From assembly GCF_009914755.1 (NCBI RefSeq), contig NC_060927.1: a DNA stretch of 64,000 nt; one strand, 5' to 3'. This document shows positions 30,083 through 43,627 of this stretch, one piece after another (positions within the stretch are counted from its first letter, which is position 1; each line of letters opens with the position of its first letter). The stretch is from the human T2T-CHM13v2.0 reference genome, Homo sapiens. Below the pieces are notes generated by a model, which did not search any database, was not told where the DNA came from, and worked only from the letters and a program-made list of their open reading frames with translations. A program made the position numbers and the translations under genes.

Positions 30083-30881
30083 CTGGAAAGAGAGAAAAGA
30101 GAAGAAAAATGTCCATGTTTAAAATATATTTTTTTCTTGCCCTTTACTTTTTAGTGAAAAGTTTTACAAGAATACAATCACAAGCAAACCACTTGAAGTA
30201 CTATATGAACAACAATAAACAAAAATCAAAAGATGTCCAAATCCTGTGACCAAGGCTGCTCCTCCCTCTACTTAAAATCTTTACTCCTCCACTGACCCTA
30301 ACACCTTGTATCTGGCTAACTTGCATTATTCTTCCTTCAAATTTTACTTGTGTCATGACCACCCAGAACATTATTCTGTGACCCCTTCTTCCCAGTTAGG
30401 CTGGTGTCCTCTATCAAGGATTATACTTACCATGGCATTTAACACCCAGCATCACAATTGCCTGTTCCCTGCCAGTGGTATTTGGGGAAAATAAGTCTGA
30501 AGACTGCCTTTCGTAAAGTTTTATGTAAGTTCTGTCACACTAAATGTCAACTCAATTATCCCTGAAACACAGTGTCCAACAGAGAACGAGTTTTCTGGGT
30601 TGTAGTCTAGGTAGAAAGAGTCCTGGCTAAGTCAGGGACTTACATTCCCAGTTCTTCCACTTACCATCTGTGAGAAGTAGTCTCTCTATCACTCAGTTTC
30701 CCCATCTTTACAATAGAGATCATACCTCATCTTACAGAGCTGTCACGATATCTTCATGAGACAAATACACCAGGCATGCAATTTATAGACAATCAGCAAA
30801 ATCGAGTTCAATTTAAATCTCTTTTGAGATTCTCCCCTTCAACTGACACAGAAACAAACTTGGCAAATGCTTGGTAGATAG

Positions 30882-31151
<270 letters not shown>

Positions 31152-31878
31152 TAACCATGACGCCCAGTGTTTCTTATAGGGGCTTCACTTAATGAAAATA
31201 ATACAGTAGCCAATATTACGTAGTGCCGGTACCAATCATCTTTGTACCGGCACTACGTGTATTCTTAAATTTACACGTCGTAAATGCTTCTTGAAGAAAT
31301 GAAGAAACCAACAAATGACGCCAGACCACAGAGAGCACACCCTCATAGAACACTTTCTGTCTATGCCATTCATTTATTCAATAGTTATTGAACATCTGCA
31401 ACGACTCTGTGTCAGACATTAAGGAAGCAATAAGGAAAAGACCCTACCCTCGTGATGTCTGTATATTATGGAGCAGACTGAGAACGGACATAAATGAAAT
31501 AATCCCAGAAACATATAGTCACAACTGCTCTTAATCTTCTCTGTGGTATTTAGGGACAAACAGCCGGCCCACACTATGCACCGTAACTCGGAGCGGGACC
31601 TAGTGCTTCTCTGTGTCTTAATTTCCCTCAGGTTAACCTAAAGAGCTTCATCGGGATTAAGACACTGTCCAGGACAGTAACGCGGCTCCCGAGTTTCCAG
31701 TTTTCCAATTTGTGACAGCTAATGGAGGCAGGAAGAGAATCCCCTCGTTACACCAAGGAACTTGAAGCCCTCAGCACTGCACGTCTGAGCCTCTACCGAA
31801 TGAGCGCCCCAGGTGGACTGGGCGCCCCCCCGCCCGCCCGCCCATCCACTCGCTCCCTCACCCGCCCACCCTACTCAC

Positions 31879-31881
31879 CAT
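31879..31881 (-). CDS. ISY1: ISY1 exon 1 coding part: initiator ATG only
   Basis: gcgacaccATG|gtgagt: Kozak context directly followed by a consensus donor; joins exon 2 in frame. Confidence 0.93.
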
Positions 31882-31939
31882 GGTGTCGCTAAGGGCGCCG
31901 TCCTGGAGCCCCGCGGCCCCTGTCCAAGAAACTCCACAG

Positions 31940-32287
31940 GCCCAGAAGACGCCGACGCTCACAGGAACTGAAGATTCCAACTACCCACAGACACTGATGT
32001 TTTGCCGGAAACGTAAAAGACAGGGACCGGAACTGAATGGGAGTACCGGAAGTGCCCAGACGAAGCGGACGCTCACAGAAACTGAAGATTCTAACTGCCC
32101 ACAGACACTGTTTTGTCGGAAACGTAAAAGAAAGGGACAGGAAGTGAATGAGAGTACTGGAAGTGCCCGGACGAAGCCGACGCTCGCAGGAACTGAGGAT
32201 TCTAACTGCCCACAGAGCCTGATGTTTTGTCGGAAACGTAAAAGAAAGGGACCGGAAGTGAAAGGGAGGACCGGAAGTGAAAGGGAG
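31940..32287. repeat. Tandem triplication with 114/111/114-bp units plus a terminal 19-bp duplication
   Basis: Units start at 31940, 32054, 32165 (gacgctc at 31954, 32068, 32179); gaccggaagtgaaagggag x2 at 32250 and 32269. Confidence 0.95.
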
Positions 32288-34717
32288 ATCCGGCCGGGGA
32301 TTGGGAGAGAAAATTCTGGCGCTCCGTCAGGCGGTCTTCCGGTAGCGCCGGCACGCGGCGTCATCACACGCAGACGTGTGATGGGGCTTTCGCAGAGGGA
32401 CTGGCGGTTTTCGGACTCAGCCCAGGCGGCGGGTCTTAGTTCTGGAAACAGGAGTACTAAATGTCTTGTGTTCACTATCGGTACTGCGGGAGCAGGCGGC
32501 GCTGGGCGCGGTTATGTGGAAGGCTGAGTGATTGCCGCTACTCTAATCCCACCGGCTTCCTTGGTTCCTCTGTGAGAGCAAATATCCCCTTTTGGAAATT
32601 ACTCGACCTCATCTCTGCGACGAGGGATCTACGGCCCCGACAGCTCCCCTAGTGGGAGCTGGAGTGTGCGTCCTGCAGGAGTTGGAGCTGGCCGGGCTTC
32701 GTAAACTCCTTCACTTTTCCTTGTCACCTCTTAGGGCCATTTCTAGTTTTTCTGAGCTGGTCTGTTGGAATCGCGGGGCCTTTCAGAGCTGGACGATGCT
32801 TGAGGTCATCCTCTTTTAAAATAAAAATTTAAGTTCCAGGCAAAAAGTGCCACTTAGGGGAGGAGGGTGGTTGGAGAAGTGCGGTCACTGTCCTGAGCAC
32901 ATCGCTGGGACCAGAAGATCGTTAGACAAGGACCAGGAAGACAGGAGAGGTCCCTGGTAGGAGACGTTCTGATGGTTACTCCCGCATGGTGTCAGCAATG
33001 AGGGGAACTGTGGTGGGGAATTCAGGTGAGGGCCCGCAGCAAATTCGGTTACAGCCGCTTTCCCCTTTCAAGCATGGTGCCTCAGCTGCAGGGACTCCCT
33101 CCACCACGGGACCTAACTAGTGATGGGCACCCTAGCAGCAGCCAGGAGGCACAAGCCAAAGAGAGAAGCAGCTGACATGTGGTTGAGGATCAGACAGGAC
33201 AGGAAAAGTACTTAGAATAGTCAGCACAATCTCATACCTGAAATGTGACAAGTTTTAAGTGGGCATATGACCACCCACTACAGACCCCATCCTCCCACCT
33301 GTCTGGTTTATGATTATGGCCAATAAGAATCGAGTCAAAGGAATGTGTGTCACTTAGATGAAGCCATGACAAAAATATAATCCCTTGCCCTTTTCCTTTC
33401 TCTGCTGAGAGGTGTCCATGGGATCAGCCAACCTGAATTCAGAAATGGAAGTATTGTGAAGATGCCAGAGTTCCCCCCCTCCCAGCTCTGGAAAACTGAG
33501 CTCTGCAAAATGAGAAAAATAAAAACATGTCTTGTTAAGGCCTCTGCATTTGGGGGTCTTTTGTTCAAGCAGCTTCACTTTTACCTTAAATAGCTGATCT
33601 GAAACAAGCAGGGTCATTCCTCACTCAAATGAGGCCTTCTCAACATGTCCATACCACCTTTATCCATTACGTCCCTGACTCTAGGATGCAGAGATCACAT
33701 ATTAGCAGGATTCAAGAGGTGTTAGCTATGTTGTCCTAGCATCTGCTCCCCCTACCCACTTATCTCAGTTCCATTTGGGGAGCCCTCTGGTTGTGGGGAA
33801 GGCAACTGCATCCCCAGCTTTAAGTATGGATCAAGCACTAGATTAAGCTAATCCATCCATCCAGTCTCCCTAGGCATAGTGACTGGTGGGTTTAAGACCC
33901 AAGCTGACCTAGTCAGAATGAGTCTTGAGATCTGCTTGCAATGCTGGAGAAAATAGATCCTGCTGGATGTCAGACAAAAGGCAATACCAACTGTCAGCCA
34001 CTTTAGAGCTCAGGAGACAAGATTTAGTGTTTGGTGACATCATTGGGTGGATGAGAATAAGGCCTTGCCTCCGGCCCACTTAAATCTTTAGTTATGTGAA
34101 GATTTATGTAAAATTGTTTAGGGTTGCAACCAGTAAGAATCAGACCTATCTTGCCAGTCTGCTAAATGGCCTTCCTTTCTCTGCTCACACTGATCTTGCC
34201 TTTCTTCATGATGCTCCTTTTGCCTGCAGCACCCCGTCCTTTATCCCCCCTGCCACTTGACTAATCTGACTGGTTGATGCCTACTTACCCTTTGAGACAG
34301 TTTAAACATCCGGGATTCCAATCCCAACTATGATCTGTCATTGGATCACATCACTAATCCTAAAGCAGCAGTTGTAAACTGGCCAGCAGGCTGGATTTGG
34401 CCAACAAAGCTGCTGTGATTTACATCGGATTACAAAAATTAGAAAATCTCACATACAGATGCTAAAGTGAGACAACATTGAGCCTACATTCCTGAACAGC
34501 AACCACACAGGTGAAAAAAATCTGATTTTATTAGTTCATGTATTTTAAGTTGGATACAATAACACATCAAATTGGGTGAAAAAAACTAATATTAAAAAGG
34601 TATTTTCTGGCTTCAGGCAGCACTTTTGCCTAACATTCACATATATGTCCCCTAGCATCCATGTAAGTGCCTCAAATGTTGTCCTCCACTAAACATGGAT
34701 TCACTGGAGAGCAGGTA

Positions 34718-35289
<572 letters not shown>

Positions 35290-35291
35290 TC

Positions 35292-35323
<32 letters not shown>

Positions 35324-36293
35324 AGGGAGGGAGGGAGGGAGGGACGGACGGACGGAAGGAAAAAAGAAAAGAATGAGCACACATTAATTCCTGGGAGTCT
35401 TGCATTTTAAATGATTTAGAATTCTTCCATTAATTGTTCCTTATAACTGAAGTCTTCCAGGGTATCTATCATCCATGGCTCTCAAACCGTAAAAACCACT
35501 TAGTACAAGATTAATGGGGAACTTCAAGATGAATGGACAAAACTGAAATCACCGAACCAACTGATTATGATCACCAAAACTAAAACCTGAGATTTTGCAC
35601 CTCTTGATGATGCAACAGTAAGCACACTGCATCTCCTATGATATATTCTTGTCTAAAAGAAAGAAAAAGAGGTCAGGTGCAGTGGCTCACGCCTGTAATC
35701 CCAGCACTCTGGGAGGCCGAAGCAGGCGGATCATTTGAAGTCCGGGGTTCGAGACCAGCCTGGCCAACATGGGGAAACCCTACCTCTACTAAAAATACAA
35801 AAGTTAGCCAGGTATATTGCTTGAACCTGCGAGGTGGAGGTTGCAGTGAGCCAAGATCACGCTCCCACAGCACTCCAGCCTTGGCGACAGAGCAAGACTC
35901 CAACACAAAGGAAAAAAAAAAAACCAGGCTGCCATGGTGGCAAGGCACCTATAATCCCAGCTACTTGGGAGGCTGAGGCAGGAGAATCACCTGGGAATCA
36001 GAGGTAATGAGCCGAGATAGCGCCACTGCACTCCAACCTGGGCAACAGGGCAAGACTCTGTCTCAAAAAAGAAAGAAAAAAAAAAAACAGAACCTATGTA
36101 TATAGGTTTATATATATGTAAAATCAACCTTCTGAATCTACCATTTTACAAAAACCACGGGGGTTAAAAATCATGTGAAACAATATCACAATGATACCAA
36201 TCAGCCAAATATAGGTCATAGAATCAACCTCAGGTTTTCTTCAGTAAAGACAGGAAACTATTAGAGACTTAAGACACTTAAGAGACATTATGA

Positions 36294-36543
<250 letters not shown>

Positions 36544-38748
36544 TAAAATTAAACACAGAGTTATGCATGCCACTAAAGAATTACTAGGCTGGACACAGTG
36601 GCTCTTGCGTGTAATTCCTGTGCTTTAGGAGGCCAAGGCAGGAGGATCACTTCAGGCCAGTAGTTTGAGAGCAGCCCAGGCAACGTAGCAAGACCTCATT
36701 TTTTTGGAGGCAGTCTCGCGCTATCCCCCAAGCTAGAGTGCAGTGACACCATCTTGGCTCACTGCAACCTCCACCTCCCGGGTTCAAGTGATTCTTCTGC
36801 CTCAGCCTCCTGAGTAGCTGGGATTACAGGCAACTGCCACCATACCCCACTAATTTTTGTATTTTTGGTAGAGATGGGGTTTCGCCATGTTGGCCAGGCT
36901 GGTGTTGAACTCCTGACCTCAGGTGATCCGTCCGCCTCAGCCTCCCAGTGCTGGGATTACAAGCGTGAGCCACGGTGCCTGGCTGCAAGACCTCATCTCT
37001 ACAAAAAATTAAAAAATTAGCCGGGCTTGGTGGCACACGCCCGTAGTCCCAGCTACTATGGAGGCTGAAAGTGGGAGGATCCCTTGAGCCCAGGAGTTGA
37101 AGGCTACAGGGAGCTATGGTTGAGCCACTGCACTCCAGCCTGGGTGCCCATAGCAAGACTCTGTCCAAAAAAAAAAGGCAAAAACTTTAAGCTGAACCTA
37201 ATAATTTAGCCTCCAGACCAGGAAATACAGAGATATAGAAAAACAAGTTAAACGGTACCGTAAGAAAACCAGTAAATAGAGGACATTCAAAAAAACTGTT
37301 GTAGCCTCCTAACAGTTAAGTTAGGAGAGTAAGACAAACTAAAGAAACCGATTAACCTGGCCGGGCACAGTGGCTCACGCCTGTAATCCCAGCACTTTGG
37401 GGGGCTGAGGTGGGCGGATCACTTGAGGTCAGGAGTTAGAGACCAACCTGGCCAACAGTGTGAAACCCTGTCTCTACTAAAAAAAATTAGCTGGGCTTGG
37501 TGGCAGGCACCTGTAATCTCAGCTACTCAGGAGGCTGAGGCACGAGAATTGCTTGAACCCAGGAGGCGGACGTTGCAGTGGGCCAAGATCATGCCACTGA
37601 GCTCCAGAGCAAGACTCCTTCTCAAAGTAAGAAAAAGAAACAAATTAACCTAATGCAACTCATAAATGCTGACTGGATCCTGGTTTGGAAAACGTAGCTA
37701 CATAACACTTCTTAGACACAATTATGCTATTTGAATATAGTATTAGATATCAGATACTAGGGAATGTTTAGATACATTAAGTATGATAATGGTACTGTGG
37801 TAATGAGAACATCTTATAAGATGCATGATAAAGTGATGTCACGTCTATAACTTACTTTCAAACTATTGTTAACTCTAGATCGAGAACACATGGGGGGTTC
37901 ATTGTACTGTTTTTTTTTTTTTTTGAGACGGAGTCTGTCTGTTCCCCAGAATGGAGCGCAATGGCGCCAATCTTGGCTCACTGCAACCTCTGCCTCCTGG
38001 TTCGAGGTATTCTCCTGCCTCAGCCTCCTGAGTAGCTGAGAATCAAGGCGTGTGACACCACACCTGGCTAATTTTTGCATTTTCAGTAGAGACAAGGGTT
38101 TCCCCATGTCAGCCAGGCTGGTCTCGAACTCCTGACCTCATGATCCACCCGTCTTGGCTTCCCAAAGTGCTGGGATCACAGGAATAAGCCACCACGCCCA
38201 GTGTGACTCCTTTTAGTTAGCCGGATTTCTCTGTAAAATACACATTTTCATGTTGCATTTGCTTTCCAGTCATCAAGGTCAATGCAAATAAATTTTATCT
38301 TATAAAGGAACACTTTGTAGTCTCCTATGAATAGGTCCTTAATTATGTTGTTTCAAAAGGTCTCACAAAGCAACTAAAGTACTACAAATTCAGCACAAGG
38401 AATGGGTGCATGAAGCAAAGGAGTTCTAAATTTTAACCAACCCACTTTACTTTTTCCCTTCCCAACACACAAAGCTGTGATTAACGCAGGAGAAAGTATT
38501 ATTAATGAGAACTAAGCTGACCTGAAGAGCCATAACAACATATCCCATTTGCTATGTTTTAGGTTTTCCTACATGAGGCCCAGAATTTGGGGGGAAATAA
38601 CTCCATGTGCACACCAGCCCCCAAACCTCATTTAACAGTGATGCCTTCAAAAATAAATCTTTCCCCCAACCTAACAGTGATGCCTTCGAAAAAAAGTCTT
38701 TCCTTATGCTGTTTCATACATATGGTAGAAAATAAAATTGTCAAGATA

Positions 38749-38754
38749 TTTATT
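38749..38754 (-). terminator. CNBP: CNBP distal poly(A) signal AATAAA
   Basis: tttatt on +; would give a ~2.6-kb Alu-containing 3' UTR. Confidence 0.55.
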
Positions 38755-40500
38755 GTGTTAACATGTGAGACATACAATTTGCTCAGTAAAAATAGCACAT
38801 GAAAAAATATTATAAGCTTATATTCATAAAGAAATGGGTATGTTATTACCTCTTTTTCTTGCTTGCTCAGGACTATTAATTTGACAAGGTTGGAATGTGC
38901 ACAGCACAGCTGAGACACCACCATTTTAACACTGAATCACTATACCATGAACTGACAGAACCCTGCATGAAGGATGAAAAACTCATACCCAAAGTCAAGA
39001 ATCACACAGCAGCATGGAGGGGGAAAATGAACTATATGATGCTAACCGCATTTAATTTCGAAGTGGGGGGAAACAGGGCATGGGGAGTGAATAATGGTTG
39101 AAGTTCCAGGCTCTAACTGTACATCCTTAAGTAAATTAAGTTTAACTCATCTATTAAAAAGTGAGTTAAAACAGATGAGTTTTAAGGTCCATCTCAACTC
39201 TAAATGAGATACTAGCAAAAACAAGGAATCCACCACTTCAGATCCTTATGAAACCCAGGAAAAGGTGGGGCACAGTGGCTCACCTGAGGGCAACAGTTGG
39301 AGACCAGCCTGACCAACACAGTGAAACCCCATCTCTACTAAAAATAACAAAAATTAGCTGGGTGTGGTGGCGGACACCTGTAATCCCAGCTATTTGGGAG
39401 GCTGAGGCAGGAGAATTACTTGAACGGGGTGTGGGGGTGGGGGGTGGAGGTTGCAGTGAGCTGAGATTGCACCATTGCACTCTAGCCTGGGCAACAGAGC
39501 GAGACTGTCTCAAAAAAAAAAAAAAAAAAAAAAAGGCCCAGGAAAAACACAAAAATAGCAATGGTATTAAAACTGTTCAGAATCGGCCGGACACGGTGGC
39601 TCGCACCTGTAACACTAGCACTTTGGGGGGCGGGGCAGGTGGATCACCTGAGGTCAGGAGTTGGAGACCAGCCCGACCAACATGATGAAACCCAGTCTCT
39701 ACTAAAAATACAAAAAATAGGCCGGGCGCGGTGGCTCACGCCTGTGATCCCAGCACTTTGGGAGGCCAAGGCGGGCGGATCACGAGGTCAGGAGATTGAG
39801 ACCATCCTGGCTAACACCGTGAAACCCCGTCTTTACTAAAAATACAAAAAAAAAAAAATTAGCTGGGCGCGGTGGCGGGTACCTGTAGCCCCAGCTACTC
39901 AGGAGGCTGAGGCAGGAGAATGGCGCGAACCCAGGAGGCGGAGCTTGCAGTGAGCCGAGATCGCACCACTACACTCCAGCCTGGGCAACAGAGCGACACT
40001 CTGTCTCAAAAAAAAATAAAAAAATAAAATAAAAATAAAAATACAAAAAATTAGCGGGGGGTGGTGGCGGGTGCCTGTAATCCCAGCTACTCAGGAGGCT
40101 GAGGCAGGAGAATTGCTTGAACCCGGGAGGTGGAGGTTGCAGTGAGCCAAGCCTGCACTCCAGCCTGGGCGACAAGAGTGAGACTCCGTCTCCAAAACAA
40201 AACAAAACCACCACCACCAAAAAACCTGTTCAGACTGAACACAGAACTCAAGGGCATTATTATAACAGATTACAAAGTGAATTTTCTATAGCTTTGCAAA
40301 AGTATCTAAATCCCATACATCCTTTTAACAGCAATTTTCATTATTGAAGACATGACTTAAGTACAAAAAGAAAAGTCCAAACTGTCAGCTTTCAGTCCTC
40401 CACATTCCCCTCTTTAATATGGTATTTTGCACTATATACATTAATGAAAATTTGAAACAAACAAAAAGAACTTTAGTCAAACTCCCCTTCCTCCTCCAGC

Positions 40501-40506
40501 TTTATT
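40501..40506 (-). terminator. CNBP: CNBP proximal/main poly(A) signal AATAAA
   Basis: tttatt on +, followed on - by a GU/U-rich element (gttctttttgtttgtttc); ~870-nt 3' UTR. Another AATAAA lies at 40817-40822. Confidence 0.7.
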
Positions 40507-41358
40507 GGAATAGTTTAAAATTACATTTCTATTTTCTAGGACTTCAGTTGCTCTTTCCATCTGACTTTTAAAAACTGATTACAGCAAATGAAACACAGTT
40601 GTCTAAGTGATATAGTATACAAAAATAACATCTTGATTTCTGTGAAAATGCATTTCTCTGCAATTCCTGAATAGCTCCAAATTATGCTAACTCTGAGCAT
40701 TGATGTTTACTCTGGGTTTTAGATTTAGTCTTTGAAAATAATGTGTTCTAAACCTTTGCCATCACCATCTATGTGTCCAACATCAACACTGTGATGAAGT
40801 TGTTCCTGTTTAGGCTTTTATTCCGATTTCTCTCGAACAGCCATTAACACGCATGTTTATCTTTTTGTTTACTCCCACTCAACTGTATGTTCTATGTAGG
40901 GCCTGATACAGATGTTACTTGATGTTATTTAATAGCTACTGAGGTCAGACAATCCAAGACCATCATTATACTAAAATTAAAGTTATTTATGGAAGTTCAT
41001 AGACACTTCCAGAATTGGTTTTACCTCCTACATGGGAACATGTTCAAGGAACCCAGGACGGGCTTACTGGTCTGACTCAACTCTTCCCATTCATCAATCC
41101 CTATTCACCAGTGGCACGGAAAGGGGGTTCTTTAACAAAGCATTATACATAACACCTCTACCAAACTAAACATAAACTTTTTTTGTAGTTAAATGCAGAA
41201 AGTCGGTTTTTTTCCACCCCTTTCCTCCTTTTACACGGCAAGTAAAGCTCACTGGCCTGGGAGTTGCCTCTATCTGCCAACCTTTGGCCAGTGAAGAGGA
41301 TTCAGAGAAAATAATACAACCATCAATCAGAAAAAGGAGGGGCGACAAAGGAAAATAA

Positions 41359-41476
41359 TTAGGCTGTAGCCTCAATTGTGCATTCCCGTGCAAGGTGCCC
41401 TGACTCGCCACAGCGGTAACAGTTGACTTCACTTGTCTTGCTGCAGTTGATGGCTACATGACCAGTTTCACCACAC
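41359..41476 (-). CDS. CNBP: CNBP last coding exon ([38 protein letters not shown])
   Basis: ttttttag|GTGT; TAA at 41361-41359; 118 nt. Confidence 0.98.
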
Positions 41477-41983
41477 CTAAAAAAGAAATTAAAAGTTTTC
41501 ACAATGGGCCTCAGAAAAAAACTGTCTACCAAAGCAACAGTCACCATGCAGAACAAAACGCCTGATCTTTGTTTTCATGCAATTAACCCCTAAGGTTTCA
41601 CAGATATGTACACAACAACATTTATCAAATTATACACTTACATGTCACAAACAGGCAAAGATTTCTGGTTACATGATAAAAGATTTATGTATATTACAGA
41701 GCTTTCTATGAAGTCTCTGGAAGTTTCAAATTATAACACTCTTACTTTTATATATTAAAAAAGTCCAGTTGTGAAAACTGCCCAGGTACCATAAGCCACA
41801 GGATATCAGGGCAGAATACAGAATTATATACAGATAGACTGCCAGTTACATATGCTGAAAATTGGTCTTATCTGGTCACAGCTAAGTTTCACTGAATTTA
41901 CTAAGGCCCTTCCATTTATAGCTAATTCATCTCTGGAAGAATCTCTGCAATGAGTTTTCTTCTAACAACATTCTGACACCTTA

Positions 41984-42226
<243 letters not shown>

Positions 42227-42351
42227 TTACAAAGTGTTACGTTTTAAATTATACAATACAAAACCTCAAAGGTGGAAATGCTATACACAGTTGCATGTGC
42301 TCACCTCTCCAAGCTCTAGAGGGGTATGAAAAGGAAGTGTTAAATACTTAC

Positions 42352-42444
42352 CATCCTCCTGAAGATCACAATCCTTGGCAAGATGACCAGACTCACCACA
42401 GCGATAACAAATATCTGGAAGAGACGAGGAAACAAACTGGAAAC
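42352..42444 (-). CDS. CNBP: CNBP exon 3 ([30 protein letters not shown])
   Basis: aaaacag|GT ... GATG|gtaagt; 93 nt. Confidence 0.98.
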
Positions 42445-42539
42445 CTGTTTTGAGCAAAAACAAAGAATTCGGCTAGTCAGACCAGTCTTGATACTAACAA
42501 ATACTGAAGTACTTCAAATTTTTCTATTCGACAAAATAC

Positions 42540-42663
42540 CTCTATCCGAGGTAAAACCACCTCTGCCACGGCTTCTCATTCCACGACCACGGCCTCCACC
42601 AGTAGGACATTCCCGGGCCCAGTGGCCAGATCGTCCACACTTGAAGCACTCATTGCTGCTCAT
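42540..42663 (-). CDS. CNBP: CNBP exon 2 coding part ([41 protein letters not shown]); exon begins at 42677
   Basis: ttcaaag|ATCTGACTGCAGCCATG ... AGAG|gtattt; first knuckle + RGG box; total CDS 534 nt = 177 aa + stop. Confidence 0.98.
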
Positions 42664-42889
42664 GGCTGCAGTCAGATCTTTGAAATATTAAAAGTAACAG
42701 CATTAAACCACTGAAAGTTCTTTTAACTTTTATTCTCTATTAAATGTATTTTTGGAAAATTATTCTGGGGAAAAAAGCTAGCTAATATATTGGTTAAAAA
42801 AATAGCTGGGCATGGTGGCTCACGCCAGTAATCCCATCACTTTGGGAGGCCGAGGTGGGTGGATCATGAGATCGAGACCATCTTGGCTA

Positions 42890-43072
<183 letters not shown>

Positions 43073-43205
43073 TCAAAAAAATAAAATAATCACACAACTA
43101 CATGATTGGGTATTATAGACTTATTATAATATACACCTTGATAAAAGTGATGGAATTTACAGGGTTAGGGTCAATGAAAATCCATTAAGAGAAATAATTG
43201 GTAGT

Positions 43206-43478
<273 letters not shown>

Positions 43479-43480
43479 CA

Positions 43481-43521
<41 letters not shown>

Positions 43522-43580
43522 ACAGGCAGCCAGGCAGGCAGGCAGGCAGGCAGGCAGACAGACAGACAGACAGACAGACA

Positions 43581-43624
<44 letters not shown>
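43479..43624 (-). repeat. CNBP: DM2 complex microsatellite (TG)21(TCTG)7(CCTG)6 GCTG CCTG TCTG (CCTG)9 TCTG in CNBP intron 1; normal interrupted allele
   Basis: Counted on +: CAGA 43479, (CAGG)9 43483-43518, CAGA, CAGG, CAGC, (CAGG)6 43531-43554, (CAGA)7 43555-43582, (CA)21 43583-43624. Confidence 0.97.

Positions 43625-43627
<3 letters not shown>

Larger units (their letters stand above)
31550..32800 (-). promoter_or_regulatory. ISY1: ISY1 CpG-rich promoter / exon 1 region with ETS (GABPA/ELK-type) motif array
   Basis: CpG-dense; CCGGAAGTG at 32046, 32252, 32271; CAGGAAGTG 32138; CTGGAAGTG 32157; no TATA seen. Confidence 0.85.

Noticed and set aside
31940-32287. Repeat array considered as CRISPR-like or a small-RNA gene cluster
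   Set aside because: Whole units are homologous with no unique spacers; eukaryotic promoter context; no tRNA or snoRNA box structure seen
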